Shown here: positions 13,160 to 24,310 of the stretch, in pieces
Position numbering within the stretch: position 1 is the stretch's first letter
Layout: each line of letters starts with the position of its first letter
Assembly (NCBI RefSeq): GCF_006345805.1
Contig: NC_043000.1
Span: forward strand, 32,116,001-32,180,000
Direction of reading: 5' to 3'
DNA length: 64,000 nucleotides
Source: Octopus sinensis
Taxonomy: Eukaryota
Program-made: the position numbers and the translations under genes
The notes under the pieces: model-generated
What the model was told of the DNA's origin: nothing
Seen by the model: only the letters and a program-made list of their open reading frames with translations
Database searches by the model: none

Positions 13160-13484
13160 CTCAGTCATTAGACTGCGGCCATGCTGAGGCACTGCTTTGA
13201 AGAATTTTTAGCTGAATAAATCGAACCCAATGCTTTTTTTTCTTTTTTAAACCTGGGATTTATTCTGTCGGTCCATTTTATTACCAAGTTACGGGGACGT
13301 AAACACACCAACGCCAGCTGTCAAGCGGTTGTGGTGGATAAACACAGTTTCTGTCAACCAAATCCACACACAGGGCCTCAGTTGGCCTAAGGTTATAGAA
13401 GACACTTGTCCAAGGTGCCACGCAGTGGGACTGAACCCGGAACCATGTGGTTGCTAAGCAAGCCTCTTACCACACAACTACTCT
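13160..13484 (-). mobile_element. Diverged family-A SINE
   Basis: Reverse complement of the family-A head and tail. Confidence 0.8.
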
Positions 13485-13862
13485 TTTTATTCTTTTCAGC
13501 CGAAAGACAATGGCTGCACAGGGGGCATCGCCAGTATTAACACCTGTCAATGGCAATTCTTTATGACTGGTTTTTGGTGAAGGTGGGAGTTCGATATTGC
13601 AACCCTCTTTTGAGTTTCTTACCGTGATATTAAATAGCTGTGGGCTTGAATACCAAATTATTGCAGTACATGGTCCACACTCTAGACGAGATGGGTGGGG
13701 CCTTTGGAACAGTGCAATGATGTCCAGTTCGGGGACTGGTATAACTTCCAATGCCATGGGTATGTCACTGCATATCTCTCCCGTCCTTGCTCCAACGAGT
13801 AGAGTTCTAACTCTTTCAGTCACTCTCAATAGCTCAGCTGTTCTGTTGATGCTATCTTCCTG
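13485..13862 (-). mobile_element. Internally deleted copy of the same CR1/L2-group LINE 3' end as 9460-9903
   Basis: KELELYSLEQGRERYAVTYPW...VAISNSHLHQKP on the minus strand, tail ggcgatgccc...ggctgaaa. Confidence 0.75.
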
Positions 13863-13890
13863 GTGTATATATATATATATATATATATAT

Positions 13891-14311
13891 ACTCTTTACT
13901 CTCTTTTACTTGTTTCAGTCATTTGACCGCGGCCATGCTGGAGCACCGCCTTTAATCGAGCAACTCGACCCCGGGACTTATTCTTTTGTAAGCCAAGTAC
14001 TTATTCTATCGGTCTCTTTTGCCGAACCGCTAAGTAACGGGGACATAAACACACCAGCATTGGTTGTCAAGCAATGCTAAGGGGACAAACACAGACACAC
14101 AAACACACACACGCATATATATATATATACATATATATATATACATATGACGGGCTTCTTTCAGTTTCCGTCTACCAAATCCACTCACAAGGCATTGGTC
14201 GGCCCGAGGCTATAGTAGAAGACACTTGCCCAAGATTCCACGCAGTGGGACTGAACCCGGAACAATGTGGTTGGTAAGCAAGCTACTTACCACACAGCCA
14301 CTCCTGCGCCT
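13891..14311 (-). mobile_element. Full-length family-A SINE
   Basis: Near-identical to 7119-7538 in reverse complement. Confidence 0.92.
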
Positions 14312-14441
14312 ATATATATATATATAGAGAGAGAGAAATTCAGGGTGAGTACTTGATAATTGTAAGCACCTGTATATACCGTTTGGTGGTGTAGGTGGTG
14401 GAGTAAATTAATCAAAATAAAAACATGATGCCAAGGATTCA

Positions 14442-14519
14442 GCGGTACATATGTTTCGGGCCTTTATTAGACGGATTTATAACAATGCATAATGTGTGTC
14501 TATGGCCTTCTTCAGCCGC
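14442..14519 (-). ncRNA. Type I hammerhead ribozyme motif
   Basis: GCGG-CUGAAGA-A-GGCC-(~45 nt)-GGCC-C-GAAAC-AUAU-GUA-CCGC: stems I, II and III can all pair; GUA cleavage triplet. Confidence 0.75.
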
Positions 14520-14755
14520 GCACAATTACTACCTCAAGGACATGTATTACATCAAAAATTCTACGTTGGGGATGCAAATCCTCTCATTTTATATTACCTC
14601 AACATCCAAACTTCCTCATTCTACATTGAGAGAAGGACGAGATGGACGCTTCATTTTTGTGCTGGTGCCGCATTATGTCGTACGCGAATGAGAGGATTTG
14701 CATCCCCAACGTAGAATTTTTGATGTAATACATGTCCTTGAGGTAGTAATTGTGC

Positions 14756-14833
14756 GCGGCTGAAGAAGGCCATAGACACACATTATGCATTGTTATAAAT
14801 CCGTATAATAAAGTCCCGAAACATATGTACCGC
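14756..14833 (+). ncRNA. Type I hammerhead ribozyme motif (second arm)
   Basis: Same motif; the stem II 3' strand is GUCC (one mismatch). Confidence 0.65.
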
Positions 14834-14869
14834 TGAATCCTTGGCATCATGTTTTTATTTTGATTAATT

Positions 14870-14904
<35 letters not shown>

Positions 14905-14908
<4 letters not shown>

Positions 14909-15036
14909 ATCCAAACAAGAAAATACAAAAAAAAACAAAAAAAACACAGCAACGCGAGGACGTGCAACAAATAAAGTATTATTGGACGCTCAGGAAAGAA
15001 GGGAAGAAGGAGGGTTTAACGTTTCGAGCGGAGCTC
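14905..15036 (-). mobile_element. PLE-like terminal fragment with a truncated hammerhead
   Basis: Minus strand GAGC-UCC-GCUC-GAAAC-GUU; the CUGANGA half is missing where a SINE begins at 15037. Confidence 0.55.
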
Positions 15037-15348
15037 GTGGAGGTGCAATGGCCCAATGGTTAGGGCAGCGGACTTGCGGTCGTAGGATCGCGGTTTCGAT
15101 TCCCAGACCGGGCGTTGTGAGTGTTTATTGAGCGAAAACACCTAAAGCTCCATGAGGCTCCAGCAAGGGATGGTGGCGATCCCTGCTGTACTCCTTCGCC
15201 ACAATTTTGTCTCACTCTTTCTTCTGTTGGCCAGCTTGCTTAGCCAGCGGGGTGGCGTCATTTGATGGCAAAAACAATGCGAAGCGCATTGTGACCAGCA
15301 ATGTGTAGTAACATCTGATAGCCTGGTCGGTCACGGTGACCACGGTGA
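15037..15348 (+). mobile_element. tRNA-derived SINE, family D head with a different tail (type 2)
   Basis: First ~185 nt match 12721-12905; the remainder is unrelated. Confidence 0.85.
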
Positions 15349-15493
15349 TATATATATATATATATATATATATACCTACACACACGTACGTATGTGTGTG
15401 TTTCATTAAATACACAACTATGTCCAAGTTTAATCTTTTTATTTTACATTTTTTGTATTAGTTTTTTTTAATAATAAGTACTTAAATTCATAT

Positions 15494-15530
15494 TTGACGT
15501 TTCCAGACCTTCACAGTCTCGTTTTCAAGA
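15494..15530 (-). pseudogene. Degenerate hammerhead remnant
   Basis: CUUGAAAA-C-GAGAC-UGUGAAG-GUCUG-GAAAC-GUC-AAAU; core mutated. Confidence 0.4.
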
Positions 15531-15807
15531 ATTAAATATATTTGTTGTCTTTCTTGTTTCAAATATTGTGACTAGATTCATGGAGACATTCTCGATAAAA
15601 AATTTTGTCCGTTAGACTCATACGTCAGCAGTCAAGTATTGATTTGTTTGTTGCAGCCAAATTTTTGACCGTTAGGTTTTCATGCCACGAGTTAATTTCT
15701 TAAATGTGTGTGTTTTGTTTATTTAGGCATTGTAATGCGATATGAATATGGTTTCCTTAATTTATCTTCTATTTTTGATAGACAGTTTTATAAAGAATAT
15801 AAATATA

Positions 15808-16240
15808 AGCGCAGGAGTGACTGTGTGGTAGGTACAGGAGTGGCTGTGCGATAAGAAGCTTGCTGCCCAATCACATGGTTCTAGGTTCAGTCCTACTGCG
15901 TGGCACCTTGGGCAAGTGTCTTCTACTATCCTCGGGCCGACCAAAGCGCTGTGAGTGGATGTCGTAGACGGAAAGTGAAAGTAGCCCATCGTGTATATAT
16001 ATATATCTTTGTATGTCCAATGTAACAGCATGAGTCCTGAAGTTTACAACTTTCACCACCACCACCACCACCATCGCTTGACAACCTATGTTGGTGTGTT
16101 TACGCCCCTGCAACTTAGCAGTTCGGCAAAAGAGGCCGATAGAATAAGCACTAGGCTCACAAACAATAAGTCTTGGGTTCGATTAGTTTGACTAAATGCG
16201 GTGCTTGACTGAAACAAGTAAACGAATAAAAGAAAAGAAT
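15808..16240 (+). mobile_element. Family-A SINE with a duplicated head and a foreign internal insert
   Basis: Head caggagtg(a/g)ctgtg occurs twice; insert at 16013-16054. Confidence 0.85.
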
Positions 16241-16299
16241 TGCCTGCAAATATTTTCTATCTAATTTCGATTTGTTTGCCATTTATAATGCTTTGCAAT

Positions 16300-16620
16300 A
16301 ACTTCTTGTAAATGTATAGCAAGCCTACGGGAGAGAAGAACGTTGTGCTATTATGTACATTGCAACAGCAGGAGTCCTGAAGTTTACAACTTTCAGTTTG
16401 TCAAATTTATAAATCACACTGGTCATTGTTCTCGGGTTTACCTAATTTTGATTTGCAGTATCGGATATAATGTTTTGCAACATCTTGTTGTTATTGTATA
16501 TACAGTAAGCCTACAGGAGAGTTTTGTGCTAATATGTCCAATGTAACAGCAGGAGTCCTGAAGTTTACAACTTTCAGTTTTTCCTGTCAAATTTATCACA
16601 TTGGCCATTAGCTTCTCAGA
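16300..16620 (+). repeat. Imperfect ~185-bp tandem duplication
   Basis: aagcctac...acagcaggagtcctgaagtttacaactttcagttt at ~16321 and ~16507. Confidence 0.8.
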
Positions 16621-17071
16621 TTTACATGCTTGTGGTGTGTTATTAATGAGAAGTTTTCTCGTTTTGGTGTTTTTGCAGTATATCGTTGAAGTTTAGGGTC
16701 GAATGAAATGCATTTTTGTTCCGTTTTACGAACATTTTTTTATTGTGGGTTCGACTGTTTGATAGTTTTTATGCATTTGAGCCAGAGTAAATTTTATGCG
16801 TTATTTGTGACTAATGACATTCTTCTACATTGTTCTGAAATACTTTTCGAACAAATTGTTCTAAAAGAAATTTCTGAGCATAATGTTCAGACAATGTGCA
16901 TAAGTTCATAGTTTTGGTGAAAACAGTGATGGTAGGTGAGCGAAGATACCTTCAGTCAAAGCTACATACATAATACTTCATTGACAAAAAAAATGACGAA
17001 GAGAGAGCTGGAGAGACAAACTAAAGCGGGTGAAATAAAATAGAAGAAGAGTGAATAAGGAAAATAAAAAT

Positions 17072-17910
17072 CGCAGTGATACAGATGATCTTCGTCGATG
17101 CCTCCACCAAGTTTGCAGATGTTCAAACGAATGGGACCTGTGTCTAAACGTGTCAAAGTGCAGTCATCTGCCTGTTGGCTCCTCTCTTGCAACCCAACTT
17201 GATTTCGAGTCGGGTTGTCTGCTGCTGGAGAAGACCGACCAAGTGAAGGACCTGGGTATCTTGGGGGATTCTTCCTTTTCGCCTTCGGCCTAATGCGTCC
17301 ATGCTGCCAACAAAGCACGCGGAGTTCTGTTTTTGATTCGACAGTCATTCGGAATGCTCATAGCAGCCATATTCCTACCGCTCTATGTCACGCTGGTGAG
17401 ACCCATATCGGAGTACGGGATGCAAGCCTCTTCTCCTTATCTCCTCAAAGACATACAGCATCCCGAAAGAGTCCAGAAGCTGGCTACCCGCATGGTTCTT
17501 GGTCTCAAGCATTTGTCTTATGAAGAAAGACTGAAGACGCTCGACCTCTATTCTCTAGAAAAACGACGACGCCGTGGTGGTCTCATTCTCGCTCACAACA
17601 TCATAAGCGGAAAGTGTAACCTCTCGAAAGAGCTGTTCTTCATTCCTGCTCCAGAGCGTGGGATGCGGGGTCACTCCGAAAAGCTCTATCTACGACGATT
17701 TCATCTCAATCGAAGGAGAGGGATCCGTGGAATAAGCTGCCGGACGAGATAGTGAAGATGCCGACGACCACTCGGTTCAAAGTCTCTCTTGACCAGAAAT
17801 GGCCTGAACTCTTTGTATGACCACCCTCCCTGTACATAACTCCCTGTACCCCTACAGGGCCTTGCTTTTGCTTTTTGAGCCAATAAAAATTTGAATTGAA
17901 TTGAATTGAA
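17072..17910 (+). mobile_element. 5'-truncated CR1/L2-group LINE (RT thumb and C-terminus) with (TTGAA)n tail
   Basis: WDLCLNVSKC, KDLG, LYVTLVRPISEYG, ERVQKLATRMV, YEERLKTLDLYSLEKRR; several frameshifts and stops. Confidence 0.9.
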
Positions 17911-18164
17911 AAAAAGAAAGGTTAGTAGATGAATTTAGAGGAGAAAAAGGATAAAATTTTAAAAAAGGGGGAAACGCTTGTTGCTTTCCCTGCAACAAGC
18001 GTCACGAGATACATATGTCATCATTGTCGTCCCCTTTTCATGATCATATGAATCCTCTTAACAAAACAATGTATGGCGTAAATCGATCAGTGACGTTCCA
18101 TTTGACGGAGTGCATAGTGTTTTAATCACTAGATTGTTTTTCTTCTTATTTAGAAGAAAATCGT

Positions 18165-19023
18165 TAAACAAGTTATCCTCATCTGAGACCTGAATGCCAA
18201 AACTATCCCACACGTCATCAGGTGGAGCATCGTTGAATATATATTAATGGATCAAGAAGGTGCAGGCTTTGTATAGGTGAAAGACCTTATGTTCGTTTTT
18301 AAATCTATGAATTCTGCCAACCTACTGAATTCGAGATCGGAAATTTCCACATGGTGCAAACTCCTCGATAAGTTTCTCCCTTCACTAAACATACAGCTAA
18401 CAAATTTTAGACGTTCCCCATCGGATTAACCCCATCACCCATTGTTAATTCCCCTTCTTTCGGACCAAAGGGACACAATGTTTATCTCCTTTCCTGCTTC
18501 TCGCTTGTCTCCTTTTTTTGTTATTATCAGTCCAAATATGCTTGATGCACGTTCGAACTGGAGAACAAGCTAATCACTGCGTTTTGTCACGAGAATAGAT
18601 CTCGTTTTTTGTCAAATGGTGTGTATACACCTAGATTAGCTCGCAGCGCCACCTACATAGACTGTGAGGTACGCGCATTTCGGAGTAGTTATCTCCTCAT
18701 CAGCCACAGACACTACGCAGACGACACTGCGAGCTAAATTAAGAAATTACCTCTCTTACGCATTTCCAGTCACCATACGATGACTGGCAGCGTTATACGG
18801 CGGCTCACCGTAAGTAAATCTCACAGTCTAGGTAGGTAGCGCTGCAAGCTGATCTAGGTGGATACACACCATTTGTCAACAAGCGAGATATATTCTCCGT
18901 GACAAAATGCAGTGAGTAGCTTGTTCTCCAGTTCGAACGTGCATCAAACATATTCGGACTGATAATAACAAGTAAAAAAGGGAGACAAGCATTGTGTCCC
19001 TTTGGTCCGATAGAATTAACAAT
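18165..19023 (+). mobile_element. Heavily deleted APE-type LINE (Jockey/CR1-like) with a fold-back duplication
   Basis: ILI*DLNAK (GDLNAK-like endonuclease motif) at 18175-18201 and YADDT at 18714-18728; arms 18441-18668 and 18820-19023 are inverted. Confidence 0.6.
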
Positions 19024-19088
19024 GAGAATTGTTAGCAACTTGTATACATGAAGCAAAACCTCTTTTATCTAAATACCAGTGCCCTTGA

Positions 19089-19180
19089 TTGTCGACCTCG
19101 TTCGGCAAAAGTCATTTCCTTCGAAGTTACAATTTTGTCGACCTCGTTCGGCAAAAGTCATTTCCTTCGAAGTTACAATT
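19089..19180. repeat. Perfect 46-bp tandem duplication
   Basis: ttgtcgacctcgttcggcaaaagtcatttccttcgaagttacaatt x2. Confidence 0.95.
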
Positions 19181-19405
19181 CTCTTCTATTGAATATTTTT
19201 AAAAGTGTAAAATTGTTTTAAAAGGAGAATTTCATTCGAGAATTAGTTTTAGAGTAGCCAATCTTCTACGGTGTTGGACTCTAGATGCAACGATAATTAA
19301 AAAAAAAAACATAAAAAGACGTTTCGCTGATTTATATATAGCGGCAGGTATTTAAAGGGAAAAATTTGACAAGTCAGTCAGTCACCGGCTGACACTCGCT
19401 GACGA

Positions 19406-19602
19406 TACATCGAAGAGGCCAGGGAACAGAAGAAAGAAGACATGCACCCAACACCAGAGCTGAAAACACCTCCGCCATGTCAAAACGGTAGAGGAGTAGG
19501 AGCCGAAACCGGACGTGGTTCCTCCTGATGATGTCTTGAGCTAACTGGATCCTATAAAGGAGCTGTTGTGGTAGCAGACCACGAAACACGGTTGTAATTC
19601 CT
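19406..19602 (+). mobile_element. Non-coding interspersed repeat with hammerhead-like cores, copy 1
   Basis: Nearly identical to 43894-44107; contains CTGATGA...GAAAC...GTA. Confidence 0.7.
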
Positions 19603-19764
19603 AAATTTATAATTTTTGCTTTTCCACAACAGTTGGAAAAGAGATGTAAATGTCCTCTTGAAGCAGCTACTTTTAAACTCTATCGCTCACATGACTTTTT
19701 AAAAAAAGTACTGAAATAAGCGTTTCCCAATATCTTTTATATAATATTTTAAAATATATTCACA

Positions 19765-19862
19765 CGTGTGTGTGCGCGCGCGCGTGCGTGCCTCCGCGGT
19801 AGTAGTAATAGTAGTAGTAGTAGTAGTAGTAGTGATGGTGGTGGTGGTGGCGGCGGCGGTTA
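19765..19862. promoter_or_regulatory. CpG-rich / trinucleotide-repeat segment resembling a promoter or 5' UTR
   Basis: gtgcgcgcgcgcgtgcgtgcctccgcgg followed by (TAG)n(TGG)n(CGG)n; orientation unknown. Confidence 0.25.
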
Positions 19863-20697
19863 AATTAGATGGAAGCAAATCAACAACGAAGCAGCAAACG
19901 ACGAGTTTTGGCAAATCAGGGGTTAACTGATCAATTGACGGGGCAGTTTACTGGCATCAGACATCTTGAAAATCCAAGCATGTATCAAAGGAGTAACTGA
20001 TTCATGAGACGCGATGCAATTATAGTACTACGGATGAACTGAATGGGTGTTTTTGGTTATTACGTTTCCATAACAGTTTTATTTGGAGCACGGCTTCATT
20101 ACATAACTTGACATCTAACAATATGTAATATTATTTAAGTTCGTGGTTTCATAAAGTGCCACTTCTTCAGGTAATATCTTTGAATGTTTGTGTTGATGAG
20201 CCACCAAAGATTGTGACCTATGACAATTCAGTGAGAAGATTACATAAATATATAGAATGCTGAATTCGAGGAATTTAGAAATGGTAGGAGTGTATCTTTA
20301 AGCCAGCAACCAATCACAGCCATTAATTTCACATGTAAGACAGATTCTTTGTATGTATTCTTCGAGGTGGGAGTGGTCAGATATTAGTTCCTTAAATTAG
20401 TTATTAATCACAGTGAAAGAATTATTTCTTACCTTAGACGTGGCTCAGTTATAAAATCGAGCAATCTTTATCAATGAGGCATTTGTGGATTTTCAAACTA
20501 CCGTGATTGGTGACTCTCTTCATATGTGCATCCTCGTTGTACTTATCTAGAAACAGTTTACTTAGCTTAGGATGATTTATAACAGCAGTGCTATTTGCTA
20601 AATTGACTTATGTGAGTTCTTTATTCTTGTGGCCACCTTCTTTGACCTTTTCAACCCATGGAATAATATATATCTTATGTTAACTGATTTCATATAT

Positions 20698-22225
20698 CAT
20701 CATCATCAACACTTAATGTCCCTTTACCAAAGTGGCACGGGTTGGATGGCTTGACAGGAACTGGCAAGACCAGAAGCCACACCGGGTTCCATTATCTGTT
20801 TTGGTTTGGTTTCTATGGCTGGGTGCCCTTCCTAATGCCAATAACTCCACAGAATGTACTGGGTACTTTTTACGTGGCACCAGCATCCACATCATTTATG
20901 TAGTACATTGGTTTTAGGATCTCAATTCTGTTGTGGTGGGCAGGTCTTCTCAAGTACAGCAATGCACCACATATCCCGGTCTTCCATCATTTCCTTCATT
21001 AGGTTCAGCAGTTTGAGATCAGCTTTCAATACTTCATCGTACATATCATTTAACATCCATTGTCCATGCTGTCATGGGTTTGTGACCAGAGCTGGTAAGC
21101 GGGGGGAGGGGTTGCACAAGATTCCAGTCTGCTTTGGCATGGCTACTACGACTGGATGCCCTTCCTAACACCAACCACTTTACAGAGTGTGCTGAGTGCT
21201 TTAAAATGGTACAACAGGGGCACTTTTACATGGCACTGCACATGCACTTTTATGTTTTGCTGCTCAGGTATGGCACTTTTACACAGCACCATCATGAGTG
21301 CTTTACACCACCTAAAGAATTGGCCTTAGCACTTCTACTGTGGAGTACAGGTCTTGAGTATGGCCAAGCACCAGGTATCCTGACCCTTTGTCATCTGAAA
21401 GGTTCAGCATCCTGAGGTCATTCTTTAGTACTTCATCCCATGTCTTTCAGGGTCTCCACTTCCACGTGTTCCATCCACTTTAAGAGATCAGCTCTTTATG
21501 GTGCTGTCAACATCCATCCACATCACATGACCAAACCAGCAGTCTTCTCTCTCGCATACACCAACCAATTTCTCTTAGGCCTAACTTCTTTCTCAATACA
21601 CTGACACTCTCTCGAACATGTACACTTACGTTACACATCCAGTGGAGCATACCAGCCTCATTCTTCTTTAACTTTTGCATGTCCTCTGCATTCAGGATCC
21701 ATGTCTCACTACCATGTAGAATTGCTGTCTGTATACATGCATCATACAATCTTCTTTTCACTCTGAGAGAGAAAGCTTTTGTAGCCAACAAAGGTAACAG
21801 CTCTCTGAACTTCCTTCATCCTATTCTTATTCTACCTATCACAATCTCCATGCATCCTTCTGCACTACTAATTTGGTCTCCTAGGTGGACAAAATTATCA
21901 ACTACCTCTAATGAACCACCAGGGCTTTTGAGGGAATCAATTTCCCCAAGTCTCCAAAGTCTTTATGAATCCTGTGCATCTTCCACATATGGAAACTATC
22001 ATCGCTGATAACCTTTCAGTTAACCCACTGCATCTCTGGGTATACTGGAGTTCCTGCCAACACCTTTTCTACAAACTGAACAGGGCCGCCTATCTGAGGT
22101 GGGTAAGACACAGTCAGTTTTCTTGCTTACTAGGACCTTAGTCTTTGCTAAGTTAACCTTAAAGCCCTTCAATACCAGTTTGTACTTCCACATCTGGAAT
22201 TTTTCATCTAGCTCTAATATTGAAT
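20698..22225 (-). mobile_element. Two RTE 3' ends, the second extending into ORF2
   Basis: (CAT)n tails, ggatgcccttcctaa block, LATKAFSLRVKRRLYDACIQTAILHGSETW. Confidence 0.85.
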
Positions 22226-22229
22226 CTAA

Positions 22230-22854
22230 AGTTTTGTTTTTTGTTTGTTTTATGTTAGATTAACAAGCAATTAATGTAAGTCACTAAAAATAGCTGGGTA
22301 TATATTATTACATATTATTATATCTACCTGTGAATACATAAATATTAATGCATATATATCTAACATAGAAGACGAAGAAGAAGTGACACCAAAAAATATG
22401 ATATACCTTTATACAGTGGGAGAAACAGACAACATTTTTATAGAAATGAAAGTCTAAACAATAAAGTGTTTGTTTCTTTTCGTTTGTATTTGTCTTTTGA
22501 ATTAAAACTGAGAAAATATTTAACATGTACTAACATCAAAGATAGTTTATTTATCTGATTTCAAAGGAATTCAAATATTTCATTTAATACCTTTTGTATT
22601 GTCTTCTATTATTTGCATCTGTGGCTGCTTTATTGTCTTTCGTCTTTTCTTTATTGTTGTTGTTTGTTGCTTGTTGTTTTGCAATTTATTTCTTAAAACT
22701 GTGGGAATGTTCAACTGTATTGTTTGTTAGTAAGTCATATCTTACCCTCCGGGAATAGAACAACATCCAACACAGCAATAATACCGTATTGTTTACATTC
22801 AACTGATGGCATCACAAACAAAGGAAAGTTCTAGAGTCTTATTTTCGAAATAGA
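22230..22854 (-). other. SNX14: Probable SNX14 3' UTR
   Basis: Unique AT-rich sequence after the stop, with minus-strand AATAAA (plus-strand TTTATT near 22546 and 22629), bounded by an RTE insertion. True 3' end unknown. Confidence 0.4.
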
Positions 22855-22953
22855 TTAACCATTAGAATTGTTAAGTCGAACATCTGGGCTGTAATTTTCT
22901 TTCAGTTCAGGAAACAACTCCACAATGATGATGTCAAGCAAGACATAACTTAA
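22855..22953 (-). CDS. SNX14: Sorting nexin-14, last coding exon, LSYVLLDIIIVELFPELKENYSPDVRLNNSNG*
   Basis: Long polypyrimidine acceptor tttcttttctgtttcttttcctttcag, phase 0, stop TAA at 22855-22857; matches SNX14 LTYVLLDIVIQELFPEL. Confidence 0.92.
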   Translation of the reverse strand, partial: LSYVLLDIIIVELFPELKENYSPDVRLNNSNG

Positions 22954-23423
22954 CTGAAAGGAAAAGAAACAGAAAAGAAAGAAAAGATAGACATCAGTTA
23001 TCTTAAAAATGATGAAGAAGATATTTGTTTTTTTAAATATCTATTTGTAGATCTTAAATGCCACAACCACTGCTACCAGCATCATCATTGTTATTAGTCA
23101 TCTGATAAGCACTTTTCTGCACTGATACCAATTAGGTTTATCAATAAATTACTTTTATAGTTCAGCATTTTCAACATTCTGTTCTACTTCATTCATTGTC
23201 TTCATTCAACTGCATCTGTATCAATCCAAGGTAGTTTTTTTTCCCACATGCATCATGCGTTTCACATGTACCTGGATGATGTAGACAAGTTATCACTCCA
23301 CTTCTATATCAATATCTTTGTTGACCATTTTTTAAAAACCAATTAGTTCTGTTAATATTTGTTTTCTCATAAAACCGAACATTTACACCAACAACAATCA
23401 CTGAATATCTCATTTAAATAATT

Positions 23424-23670
23424 CATCATCATCATCATCATCATCGTTTAACGTCCGCTTTCCATGTTAGCATGGGTTGGACAGTTCGACCGGGGTCTGG
23501 GAAGCCAGGAGGCTGCACCAGGCCCAGTCTGATCTGGCAGTGTTTCTACAGCTGGATGCTCTTCCTAACACCAACCACTCCATGAGTGTAGTGGGTGCTT
23601 TTTACGTGCCACCGGCACAGGTGCCAGGGGAGGCTGGCAATGGCCACAATCGGTTGGTGCTTTTTACGTG
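23424..23670 (-). mobile_element. RTE 3' UTR copy
   Basis: Matches the tail of 58550-61451. Confidence 0.9.
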
Positions 23671-24310
23671 CCCTCTAAACAGTCTGTAGACTTCTGGTGT
23701 TAACTACACAATTCTACCATTTCCCACATCCTCCCTCCTAAACTTCCACAACATTTCCACTAACTGTACAACACAGTTTCCACATTCTTAGTTCATAATC
23801 TTTTATTAATTTTGCTTTAACAGCTGATTGACTTGCTAAAAATAGCAGTCAAATCTCCTTGAAATTACATTTTACTGTCTTACAAAAAGGAGATACATTG
23901 AATAATGTAATCAAAGACATCTGACGGGTCAGTCATGGCTGGAATGTTTTAAACCTTTTGATCATAAGTTTCTGGGAGAGGGATAAAAACACCAATGACC
24001 ACTAGGATCATAGCCTCCATCATATTTCTCAAGCTCCGCCAGTGAAATTTTCTCTTTTATGAATTCAGTACTTTGGGGAGAAAGCCTCTGGATGTTGGCA
24101 CATATCGATTCCAACAGTCATCAAATTAGAAACTTTGTTTAGATTAGCTGCAAAAAGGGGGGACAAACTAAAAGCAGAAGTTGAGGTGCTAGACCATGGT
24201 TGTGTCACATCCTCATGTCACACACACTTCAACACTTCCCCTGCCCTGCTGCTCTCTCATGGTGTCTTCATAAACCATTCATCAGTACTCAGTTTCCTCA
24301 TTGTTCATTC

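Larger units (their letters stand above)
14335..14869. mobile_element. PLE-like non-coding element with 183-bp inverted arms, embedded in (TA)n
   Basis: Arms 14406-14588 and 14687-14869 are reverse complements with few mismatches, and each holds a hammerhead. Confidence 0.75.

Noticed and set aside
22259-22275. Plus-strand 17-nt micro-exon (ttag...gtaagt)
   Set aside because: The T-rich tract is probably just the antisense of A-rich sequence at the SNX14 3' end; no supporting plus-strand gene.
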